Positions 1-10,941 of a stretch of DNA of 64,000 nt are shown in pieces; position 1 is the first letter of the stretch, and each line of letters begins with the position of its first letter. The position numbers and the translations under genes were made by a program. The notes under the pieces were generated by a model that saw nothing but the letters and a program-made list of their open reading frames with translations, was not told where the DNA came from and did not search any database. The DNA comes from Octopus vulgaris (Eukaryota): assembly GCA_951406725.2 (NCBI GenBank), contig OX597816.1, positions 113,460,001 to 113,524,000 on the forward strand, in the 5' to 3' direction.

Positions 1-1349
1 ATCATTAATGAGTGGACATGTTTTTTCCTGAAAGCAGATACACTCTATCCTGTTGCCACCAACTCCCACCTTTTTTTATTTAGTTTCTTTTTAGCTCATG
101 ATTTCTTAATTTATTATTAGTGAACATTTTTTATTTATTAATTTCAACTACCAAATCTGGAGATGCTTGTAAAACGTTTGTTTGTTTTATCGTAAAAACA
201 ATTTGTTATTATTACTATATTATGAATGCAGTTGTAGCTGTGTAGTTAAAGAGTTCACTTTGCAGCTTTGTGGTTCCAGTTTTAGACAACTGTCTTCTAC
301 TATAGTTTCTGAGTGACCAATATCTTGTGAGAATTTCATAGATGACATCTGTGAAGAAGATCCTTGTATGTGTTTATGTGTGTGTATCTTTTTCTGATTT
401 ATATTGATATAGAATATAAATATTAGCATGGAAACTTAGAAAATCCCTCCAAAACTGCTTTACAAACAAAGTCCTTCACGCTGAGTTTCTTGTTACTCTT
501 GCAATAAAAAATTGATGTGAACCAGTGATTAGTTCATTTGAAAAGTGTAGCCGATGATGCATTTGTTAAAAAAATATAAAATATATCTAAAAAATAGTGA
601 TAATATCAATCTTGAGTGATATTCATGAAAGAGAAAAATAATTTTAGTAAGCTAATTAGTATTCTTCCACCCCAACTTCATTTTAAAGCTCAGTCCAACC
701 TGATTATATTTTAATTTGACATACATTTAATCTAAGGTTCCCTTCTTTACAATAGTATTTATATCAACACATTTTGTATAATTAATTCTCAACTACTCAT
801 TTCTTTTACCTACTAAATTATCAATTTGATACAATTGACAATTGACATTATATCAAGAATATATTTCTTTTGATATATTTAATATATGTTTATTCAATTC
901 TTGATATTTTTTTAGGGAGTAAACTTTATTCTAATCATCAAGAACTCAAATTCTTTCAAATTACTCACCAATATAAGACCCTGTCAATAAAATTTCCAGA
1001 TATCATTATCAAATAAGTGATTGATAGTTACCTAAGATTATGAAATCTGAAGAAATAACATTCTCTCTTAAGAAACATGGTGGGTTTATTTGCTGAAATC
1101 TTCTGTATTGACAACACAGATATAATCTAATGAGAGGAAAAAAAATTATGTTATATTGGACAGATGTGCTACCTCAACATATCAATTGAAATCATTTATA
1201 CTCCATTTTACGGATCACATAATGAACTTATATTCCTTAATCTTGACCAGATTAAAATTCTTGATAGTTATGTTGTCAAAAAAAATGAAGGAAGAAGAAA
1301 AACTACAAAATAGTTATATTTGCAGTGTAAAGATACTCTTAATATAGCC

Positions 1350-1940
1350 TTTTTTTTTAATGTCTTTGTCTGGAGGAAGGAGTTGCGCCCATGGCCTTCA
1401 TGGGCCTTCCAAGACTGGTGGGATTGACATAGTTGGTGTTCCTCTTCAGTAGTGGAAGCTGATGGCTGAAAAAGCCCCCCCCCCAATATTTCCTGATGGA
1501 TGACATTCTGAGAATAAACGACTTGGTAGAAGGTTGGTGTACATCTGTGTGTGAGAGATAACAATAGGGATGATAAAAAGAGAAAAGGAAAGTGTACCAG
1601 GAGGGCCTGGAGTGGAGATTGCTAAAGATCAACAAGTTCCATGGGAGAAAGCCACTGAAATAATAATAAAAAGACAATGAGGTTGGTGAGGAAACAACAT
1701 ATCAGTGGGTCCATGCTGGAGTGTGTTGAAGAGTAGCTTCATGTCAATCAGGTGGAAATTTTTGAAATGCATTCTAGAATGTCTTTGTGTGTAGTTGCAG
1801 TAACATCCCAAATATGGAAACAGTATTCAGTTGTAGATTTCACCTGAACTTTGTATAAGACTAGTAATTGTTGGGAGCTGACGTATCATTTGATCCTAAA
1901 GAAGGTTGCCATCCTTGTGATGGACTGGCAGCTATATAAC
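1350..1940 (-). mobile_element. Decayed 3' fragment of a poly(A)-tailed LINE (CR1/L2/Jockey-group RT C-terminus)
   Basis: Minus-strand translation near 1800-1920 gives TRMATFFRIK*YVSSQQLLVLYKVQVKSTTEYCFHIWDV, matching the 'LYKaqVRpxxEYcsxvW' motif; T-run at about 1350-1358 is the poly(A) tail; a related copy lies at 23280-23855. Confidence 0.7.
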
Positions 1941-2201
1941 AAGGGGTATGTCAAAATTTCAGAATCTCTATTTTCATACAATCTTCCTTGATTGACCTCT
2001 TCCAATTTTCTCATATCTAGTTTCAAACACTGCTATAGTATCAATTATCAAACCCTTGTAAGATTTCTATTAAAAAGTAAACTATACTGTTTTGATTATT
2101 TTTCTACAGAAAAAAAGTTTTAAACTGTATTACACTTGTACCAAGACTTCTGTCCAAATTTAGAAAGCTCTCTTGCACTAGAATGAAATGTATTTCTCTA
2201 G

Positions 2202-2282
2202 GCGCAAAAAAAGGAAAAGATAAATGAAAGAAATCCACATCAAGAGGAGGATGCAATAGTTCAAAGGAGAAAAAATAGCTAA
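2202..2282 (+). CDS. Possible short terminal coding exon (AQKKEKINERNPHQEEDAIVQRRKNS*) of an unidentified host gene
   Basis: Acceptor-like tatttctctAG at 2191-2201, purine-rich open frame ending at TAA 2280-2282, several AATAAA downstream; no homology recognised. Confidence 0.2.
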   Translation, partial: AQKKEKINERNPHQEEDAIVQRRKNS

Positions 2283-3114
2283 TCAGAAATGAAAATAAAT
2301 AGATTGTAAGCTAATAAAAAAATAGATAGAAAAATAATGATAATGGAGATAAGACACTGGAATATTACAAAGTAATTTTTAAAAAATAAAGCAACTCAAA
2401 CTGTTAAGTATCCTTTGAAATCTAAATCACTTTTATAGTAATTTTCACATGTACAAATTCAAACACTGACCCTTTAAAAAGAAACAAATTTCAAGAAATT
2501 GCAACTAATGTAGCAGGATGCTTTACATAATGGTTCCTATTTTTGAGATGATATAAAAATCAAGCATGCAAGTTGCAAATCACTCAAAATGCATGAGGTT
2601 GATATTACTACTGATGTTGAGGAAAAATCAGTTCACATTCCTACTACAATGTTTAAAAAGTGTAAAAATCAATTTTGCACACTCGAGCAAATATACTAAA
2701 GAAATATATGTAGAAGGGTACAAAAAATTTGCCTTATTTCTGAAGAAATTCTGTTAATGTATTATACTGTTAGGTGTGAATTGATCTAATTTATAAAGTA
2801 GTTTGTCAAAATAACTTTTTGGAAATGTTGACATGGTATACATTTGCATTTACTGACAATGAAATTTAAATTACTTACTGGAGTGATAATGAGAGTTTTC
2901 TCAATAAGAAGTATTAATGCTACAATGCAGTTAAAATTGACTTGGAGTTTGAATTACTGGAAGGTTAATAGGTTTTGACATTATTACTAATACTACAAAG
3001 ATACAAGCACAGTGTATTTATGTGTGTTTGTGTATCTATCCATCCACACAGACACACACATGCACACTCACATATGTATCCATCCATCTATAAATATATT
3101 TATATCTATATATA

Positions 3115-3190
3115 TCATCATCATCATCATCATCATCATCATTGTTTATCATCCAACTTCTATGTTGGTATGGCTTGGACAGTTTGACAC
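3115..3190 (-). mobile_element. RTE LINE 3' stub with (CAT)n/(GAT)n tail
   Basis: (CAT)n followed by a degenerate match to the 3' end of the 7423-10087 element. Confidence 0.65.
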
Positions 3191-3399
3191 TGTGTGGCAC
3201 TTTAGGTAAGTAATTTTACTCTAGCCCTGAGATGAACAAAAGCTTGGCAGTGAACATTGGATTTGTTAGATGGTGAAAACTGAAAGAAGCTCGAAAGAAG
3301 CTCGTGTGTGTGAGTGAGTGAGTGTGTGTGTGTGTGTGTGTGTGTGAGTGAGTGAGTGTGTGTGTGTGTGTGTGTGTGTGAGTGTGTGTGTGTATGTGT

Positions 3400-3675
3400 A
3401 CACCATATCACACAGCATTATATGGTGGGCTCTGAGGAGTCTAGGGATAGATGAGTGGCTGGTGAAAGTTGTACAGGCCATCTACAAAGATGCCATCATT
3501 AAGGTGAGAGTTAACCATAGATACAGTGAAGAGTTTGGTGTACAGGTAGGGGTTCATCAAGGCTCAGTCTTCAGTCTCCTCCTTTTCATCAATGTCCTAT
3601 AAGCTATAACAGAGGAATTCAAGACCAGCAGCCTCTGGGGACTACTATATACTGATAATCTTCCCTCATACCAGA
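3400..3675 (+). mobile_element. RTE LINE reverse-transcriptase fragment
   Basis: IIWWALRSLGIDEWLVKVVQAIYKDA...GVHQGSVFSLLLFINVL*AITEEFKT, closely similar to the RT in ORF 8854-9978. Confidence 0.85.
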
Positions 3676-3769
3676 TTCCATATTACACGTAGGTCATTGA
3701 AATTGTATATGATGATAGAGTAACTCTTCTACCATAACTCTCTTTCCTGTTCTTCATTGGAAGCAGATT

Positions 3770-4670
3770 AGTTCCAAGTAGATGGCTGTTTGACATCTGC
3801 AGGAGACAACAGGTTGTTTACATAGATGTCACTGTTAACAAGACATAAAATTTGAGGAAGAGGAAACCAGTATTGAAGACAAACCATACTGCGACCATTG
3901 ACATGAATTGCTATCAAGTGGATGAATTGAATAGATTTGAACAGATGTATGAATAACAATCTGTGTGATTGCTGTACAGCTCGATTGCAGTCACAATACA
4001 TTACAGGAAATCATGAAGACTTTAGGTACTGAAAAGTGTGTGCAAAGTGCATACCTTGGCAGTTGGCACTAGATTTGAAGAAGCAAAGGGTGAAAGTCTT
4101 CTGATCTGCTGTAAATGTCTCAAGTCAATGAAGACATATATTTTTCCAATCTGGTGACAGGAAATGAAATGTGAGCATATTTTTATGATATGAATACAAA
4201 GACTAATGGCATTGCACCTCTTCTCTAAGGCCTAAGAATTTCAAGGGCAGTGATCAGTACAGAAAGTTAAGGTAACTATTTTTTAGTATGAGATGAGTGT
4301 TTGGAGCATGGTTGTACCATGAATGGTGATTGGTACTTTGAGACACTCAAAAAGCTTAGAGAAGTCAATCAAGAATCTGGAAACTGTCCATATTCACCAA
4401 GATAATGTGTGACCACTTAGATCTTTGACAATTGACAAACTTAGTTTGTCAGTGGTTCCCTATCTAACTTTCTGTTACACTTTGACTTCCATATATTTGG
4501 TTCAATGAAGAGCAGTTTTCAGAGACAATGATCTGATGACATACATATGGTGAAAGTGACTGTAAAGATGTAGGTGCAGATCCACAGTTGGATTTTTTCA
4601 AAGATTTGAGAATTGGGTTCAGGGATGGCACAGATGGTTTACATGTGATGGAGACTATTCTGAACAGTAA
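3770..4670 (+). pseudogene. Decayed Tc1/mariner transposase
   Basis: Frameshifted motifs in mariner order: KVCAKCIP (WVP motif), NLVTGNE (VTGDE), PKNFK, YFETLKKLRE, IHQDN (HDNA), DFHIFGSMK, and C-terminal WHRWFTCDGDYSEQ* ending at 4670. Confidence 0.8.
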
Positions 4671-5580
4671 AAGATACTTGCCCAAGGTGCCACACAGTGG
4701 GACTGAATCCAGAACCATGTGATTAAGAAACAAACTTCTTACCACACATATCATGTATGTGTACTAAAGTTGCTAAAAATAAGAATAAAAATCTGAGAAT
4801 GTAAGGAATACAACAGGTGGATCAGATACGATTGTTTCATAGCTAAAACAATGTTTGTTGCATAACTTGTAGCATACATAGAACCAGCTTAGCTAATCTT
4901 CAAATCCTATTATCTTAAGTTGTTTACATTGTTGTGTGGAGATGAACAAATAAATTATCAAACTAGTCACAGCATGAATGGAAAGTTGAAAAAGAAAAAA
5001 AAATGAAAACCAAATGACCAATGAAAGTAATAGTTAGTGGGTAGGTTGCTCTAAAAGAGAACAAGATGTGTGTGTTTATAGATGTTGTTTGGTCATGGGA
5101 AAAGGATGCTAGGTAGAGGGGTAAGGGAGGTGAGAAGGACTGGCAATAAAATTTCTTTACACTTAGGTTTCATGGAGATAGTAAGAGACAAAGAACAGAT
5201 AGCATAAAAATTTTAGATAGCTAACTTAGATAAGGTATTGGAACACATTAATAAGGAGGATAACAGGCCCACCAAGGACTAATAAAAGCCATATATAAAA
5301 TTTATGTGAGAAAAAAAGATACACACACACACACAAAGGTGTAAATAAACAAAGAGGATGGAGAAATATGAAAAGTGAAACGTAAGGAGATAAATTACCT
5401 TTATTCTATAAAGGTAATTTAGCTAGCATCAAATAAATATGATCTGTAAATATATATGTGTGTGAGTGTAGAAGGTTGAATAGGAACACGAGTTGATATG
5501 TATATAAGGAAAATAAGACAAGGTAGAAAATGCTAAAGTAATTTTATCATGAAGAACACTTTAGTACTGGTTTCAGTCTT

Positions 5581-5809
5581 TGGAAAGAATATGAATGCTA
5601 TAGATGAGGTCAGAACAGTACTGGAGGAGTATTTTTTATGATGGACAAGTGAATTTTGGAAGAGGGGCCTTGCAATCTACCAGAGAGATGGAAGAGCATT
5701 GCAGAAAATGAAAGAGAGTATATCTTAGATTAAAAAAGAACTTTGTTTATCTTAATTTGGAAAATAAAAGAAGTATAAAAAACCACATTATTTATGGGAT
5801 GACCCAATA
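5581..5809 (+). mobile_element. Mariner 3' end: transposase C-terminus and right TIR
   Basis: GKNMNAIDEVRTVLEEYF...EFWKRGL..LPERWKSIAENEREYILD*, then TIR-like cattatttatgggatgacccaa followed by TA. Confidence 0.75.
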
Positions 5810-5816
5810 CACATAA

Positions 5817-5868
<52 letters not shown>

Positions 5869-6916
5869 GTGTGTGCATATATATTATGTATAATATAGTG
5901 TTTTATATATATATGTGTGTGTGTGAGTAAATGTAATCAGCTATTTCTGGGAGGAACTCAGCATTTGAAATCATTTATTTAATGAGTGCTATTATTACTC
6001 ATTACTCCTGTGCATCTGCCCTGTTGGAAGTCCTATCCATGATCCTATTGTATCTCTTGTCTTTGCTAGATTTGCTTAACAGTCTTTCTGTTCTAGGCCT
6101 TGTTTTCACATTTTGAATTTAATTCTTTGACTAATTCAGCTGTAAAAACTAGGTACTTGACAAACAAAAGTTCCTCATCTTAAACTCCACTATTATAATC
6201 TGGAAAATTATAATAATAAACAAGTGAAGTCTGTTAACTGAGCCCTAATAAACATGTACCTGTTCAATAAATTTCTTGCTGCATTCCTGTTTTAAATTAG
6301 GAAAGGACATAGTGAGAATGCAGTGGAAAATTCGAAGAAGTCATGCATTTGATATTGATTAACTGTTAATAATATTTACTAACTGGCTACCTGTGTTGAT
6401 AAGAAAGGAAGCTAGAAAATTTTAGAAATTGATTTTACTCTGGCCTTGACTTGTTGGGAGAATAACAAATTAATTTGAAAATATATATTCAAAGCATAAT
6501 ATAATTATAAGAGGTTATCATCTTCTGTTTTTAGACCACTAATAAAGGTAATTATTAGAAAATAGAAATGAATAAACTTTACCTAAAAGTTCTATTTGTG
6601 ATTATACAAATCTGTGTAAAATTTACTTAAACCCAAATTACATGAAATAAATTAATCATCTTATATTCTGTTTCTATATTGTTACTATTGGCTTACCAAA
6701 AGAATAATAATTTGCAAAATTTTATTCAACTAATTATAGAGAGGTGAATATTCATGATTATCTGACATCAATACCTGTTTTAAATCATGAGCAGTGTAAG
6801 TAAAGTCAACTAACTATTACTGAAAAATGAAAAATGCTGGAGAAGGGTTGAGTGTCTTGTAAAAGCAATAGTAGGAGCAATTTTGCATGATCACCCATCC
6901 CAATATACCTGATTAA

Positions 6917-7136
6917 CCCTTTCGTTACTGTATTTATTTTGAGATGCTCTGATTTTCTTTCAATTAGTTTAAATATAACAAAGAATTTAGCAAAAATAAC
7001 TTAGTTATCTTAAGCTAGTGTTCGGAACATTAATTGTGACTAAGGTTTGGTGGAAGATTTTAATTCAAAACTTATGAAAACAAGACATTTGTACTCAGAG
7101 CCAGAGCCAGTTTCAGCCAGGTTGATAACAAAAGGG
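6917..7136 (+). mobile_element. 220-bp piggyBac-type MITE, copy 1
   Basis: TTAA at 6913-6916 and 7137-7140; termini CCCTTTCGTTAC...ATAACAAAAGGG; near-identical inverted copy at 24114-24333. Confidence 0.85.
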
Positions 7137-7594
7137 TTAACAAACAGCAATAACAAATGCATGAGTAATTTCACCCAAGTATACTACCACCTTAAAATAT
7201 AAGTTAATTTTAGTAATTTGAATCCAGTTATATATAATTTTAAAGACATTTGTATATTCTTTTGTATGTTTCAGCCCTATGGCTGAGGCCATACTGGGTC
7301 ACTGCCAGTAATTGTATATGTGTATGTGAGATAATCTAGCTAAGCTAGTTAGATAGATAGATAGACAGATACTTAAATTGATAGATTGATAAATAGACAA
7401 ACAGATATATATTTATATATATATCATCATCATCATCATCATCATCGTTTAGCGTCTGCTTTCCATGCTAGCATGGGTTGGACGGTTCAACTGGGGTCTG
7501 GAAGCCAGAAGGCTGCACCAGGCCCAGTTTGATCTGGCAATGTTTCTACGGCTGGATGCCCTTCCTAACGCCAACTACTCCATGAGTTTAGTGG

Positions 7595-7875
7595 GTGCTT
7601 TTTACGTGCCACCGGCACAGGTGTCAGACGAGTCTGGCAAACAGCCACGAACGGATGGTGCTTTTTACGTGCCACCGGCACGGGGGCCAGGCGAGGCTGG
7701 CAACGGCCACAAACGGATGGTGCTTTTTACATGCCACCGGCACGAGGCCAGTCGGGGCAGCGCTTGCAACGGCCACGAACGGATGGTGTTTTTATGTGCC
7801 ACCGGCACGAGGCCAGTCGGGGCGGCGCTGGCAACGACCACCTTCGGATGGTTCCCTTACGTGCCACCGGCACTG
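7595..7875. repeat. Approximately 60-bp GC-rich tandem repeat in the RTE 3' UTR
   Basis: Five iterations of (t/a)tttac(g/a)tgccaccggcac-like sequence; each carries the hairpin gtgcc-acc-ggcac. Confidence 0.85.
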
Positions 7876-8029
7876 GTAACTTAGCTGCAATTTACATTGA
7901 TCGATTTCGATTCTGATTCTCACTTGCCTCAACAGGTCTTCACAAGTAGAGTTTTGTGTCCCAAGAAGGGAAGGCATGCATAAGTGGGCTGGCTACATCC
8001 CATGTAGAAGGCCATGGGTTATGATCTCA

Positions 8030-9978
8030 CTTGTCCTGCCGGGTCTTCTCACACACACCCTACTACCAGAGGTCTCGGTCTCTAGTCATTTCCTCAGTGA
8101 GACCTAAAGTTCGAAGGTCGTGCTTCACCATCTTGTCCCAGGTTTTCCTGGGTCTGCCTCTTCCACAGGTTCCCTCAACTGCTAGGGTGTGGCACTTTTT
8201 CACACAACTATCTTCATCCATTCTCGCCACATGGCCATACCAGCGCAAACGTCTCTCTTGCACACCACAACTGATGCTTCTTAGCTCCAGCTTTTCTCTC
8301 AAGGTACTTACACTCTTTCGAGTATGAATACTGACATTACACATCCATCGGAGCATACTGGCTTCATTTCTTGCGAGCTTACGCATATCCTCAGCAGTCA
8401 CGGCCCATGTTTCACTGCCATGTAGCATGGCTGTTCGTATACACGCGTCATACAGTCTGCCTTTTACTCTGAGCGAGAGGCCTTTTGTCACCAGCAGAGG
8501 TAAGAGCTCTCTGAACTTTGCCCATGCTATTCTTACTCTAGCAGTTACACTTTCAGCACACCCGCCCCCGCTGCTGACTTGGTCACCTAGGTAACGGAAG
8601 CTATCAACTATTTCTAGTTTTTCTCCCTGGAAAGTTTCAGTGTTTATTGTTCCTGAGCATCTGCCACATTCAAAAACCATCTTCCTAGTTAGCCTTCCTT
8701 TGACATTGCTGCACCTCTTATGTGTCCATAGCTTACACTTGGTGCATCTTATAGAGTTTCTACCTACACCTTTTCTACAGATCGAGCAGGGCCATCTACC
8801 TGAAGGCGTTTGTGATTTGTCTACCTTCCTACTTATTAGGACTTTGGTTTTAGCTAGATTGACTCTAAGCCATTCGATTCTAATCCTTGCTTCCACACCT
8901 GAAACTTCTCCTCCAGTTCTGATAGTGACTCAGCAATTAGAGCAAGGTCATCAGCATAGAGGAGCACCCTAGGGCATCCTGTCTTGAATTCCTCTGTTAT
9001 TGCCTGGAGGACTATGATAAATAGGAGGGGGCTGAGGACTGAGCCTTGGTGGACCCCTACCTCTATCTGGAATTCTTCACTGTACTCATTGCCAACCCTC
9101 ACCTTACTAGCAGCGTCCCTGTACATGGCTCGCACAGCTCTCACTAACCATTCATCTATCCCTAGTTTCCTCATTGACCACCAGATAAGAGATCGGGGGA
9201 CCCTGTCGAAGGCTTTCTCCATGTCAACAAAAGCCAGGTACAGGAGCTTATCTTTGGCTAGGTATTTCTCCTGCAGCTGCCTTACCAGGAATATAGCATC
9301 AGTGGTACTTTTCCCTGGCACGAACCCAAACTGCATCTTATCTAAACTAACTCTCTCTCTAATTAGTTGGGCTATGACCCTCTCCGTAACCTTCATCACC
9401 TGATTCAACAGCTTGATACCTCTGTAATTATTTGTATCTAGGGCGTCACCTTTACCTTTGTAGCAGTTGACTATTATGCTGCTACACCAGTCATTGGGTA
9501 TGACTCCTTCGTGTATCACCTGATTAACTATACGGGTGACTAGACTATAGCCGACACTACCAGATATTTTGAGCATCTCTGCAGTGATTCCTGATGGGCC
9601 TGGGGCTTTCCCTGTCTTCATGCTTCTAATTGCCTTAACTACCAAGGAACTGTCAACTCGGATAGCTGGTCCCTCTGTTGGGTCAACATTCGGCAGACTC
9701 TCTTTATCCCATTCATTTTCTTTATTCAGCAACCTTTCATAGTGGCGTCTCCAAACCTCTCTCTTTGCATCCTCATTTAGTGCAAGTGAACCATCTTCCA
9801 TGCGAACACACTTCTCTCCTGGCACATCACAATTCTCTCTCACACACTGTCTTGCAACGCGAAACACCTCCAGTCTTTGCTCCTCATGGCGCAGAACATT
9901 GGCAAATTTTTTCTTATCTGCTTCCCCTCTGGCTAGATAGACCTGTCTCCTAGCTTCCCTTTTGGCAGTCTGATACAA
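8030..9978 (-). pseudogene. RTE ORF remnant: reverse transcriptase, PHD-like zinc finger and C-terminus
   Basis: KAPGPSG, NYRGIKLL, QFGF, FVDMEKAFDRV, GVHQGSVLSP, YADD, FRYLG and RGRPRKTW motifs; frameshift near 8860-8890; premature stops at about 8060; endonuclease domain absent through truncation. Confidence 0.92.
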
Positions 9979-10083
9979 TTCCCTGCTACCACCATTCTTC
10001 CAGTCCTTCCAAGTCTGTCTCTTTTCTCTAATAGCCCTGTCTACAACACTGTTCTACCACCACGTTACCTTGGGACGAGAGGG

Positions 10084-10121
<38 letters not shown>

Positions 10122-10889
10122 CACTCATATTTTGAAATAGCCATTAGCTGCATCAATTTTAGTTTATAACAACTAGACTCAACAACATTCTTTAATAGAG
10201 TCTCAGTTTTTTATAAGGATAAAATATGTGTATCCAAATTTGTTATCTACTATCTCCTTCATCAAGTCCTCTGTAATAATAATAATTTTTGTTGTATACT
10301 ACTTGCACTGAGGAGAACAGTCATATGTAATTAATTTAATTTAATCAAATTAATTTTAATTATTCTACTATGTTATGAACATGTTGATATCGCTGTTTGA
10401 AATGATTGTATGCTTGTATTAAAATTCTTTTAAATTTTAACATCTTCTCTTCTCCATTTTTTAACCTGCTTGTTGAGTCTCTATAGGCTACCTTTCCATA
10501 AATTCTCATAACACACAAAATACATGTAATAATTTCATATTTGCAAAAATCTTACGCTAGTAAGCTACCAGCAAAATATGAAGAATCTTTGTTAGAAACT
10601 GCCCTTTGGAACCCTCCAAAGTAAAGGATGAGATATAATATAGGTGAAAAATTTGGGGGATGATTCCACGTGGTGGTAAATATAAAATGAGATTTGAGGT
10701 GAAAAAGCACAAAAATCTTATTTGTGTAGGTAAAGATTATTTAATCCATTACAATATGTACAGAGTTAACTGGTTTCACTTCAAAACTGGTCAACTCTGT
10801 ATGTATTGTAATCGAATAAATAATTTTTACCTTCACAAACAAGAGTTCTATGCTTTTTCACCTTAAATCATATATATATATATATATAT

Positions 10890-10941
10890 GTCCAACCCGT
10901 GCTAGCACGGAAAACGGACGTTAAATGATGATGATGATGAT
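10890..10941 (+). mobile_element. Minimal (about 50 bp) RTE 3' stub inside (TA)n
   Basis: gtccaacccgtgctagcacggaaaacggacgttaaa(tga)n flanked on both sides by (TA)n. Confidence 0.85.

Larger units (their letters stand above)
7423..10087 (-). mobile_element. 5'-truncated RTE-clade LINE (about 2.7 kb) inserted in a (TA)n tract
   Basis: RT ORFs on the minus strand, 3' UTR with tandem repeats, (GAT)n tail at 7423-7446, (TA)n on both flanks; CpGs retained, so relatively young. Confidence 0.95.

Noticed and set aside
975-1120. Possible mariner-type MITE (ctgtcaataaaa ... tattgacaa)
   Set aside because: Inverted match is too short and degenerate to support
2975-3481. ORFs rich in H, T, Y, I, C and V (also at 46650-46947, 62213-62796 and 63649-63967)
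   Set aside because: Translations of (CA)n, (TA)n and (CAT)n microsatellites, not genes
7465-7977. GC-rich repetitive ORFs, and a superficial CRISPR-like repeat array
   Set aside because: Tandem repeat in the RTE 3' UTR; the spacers are homologous to each other, the context is eukaryotic, and no cas genes are present
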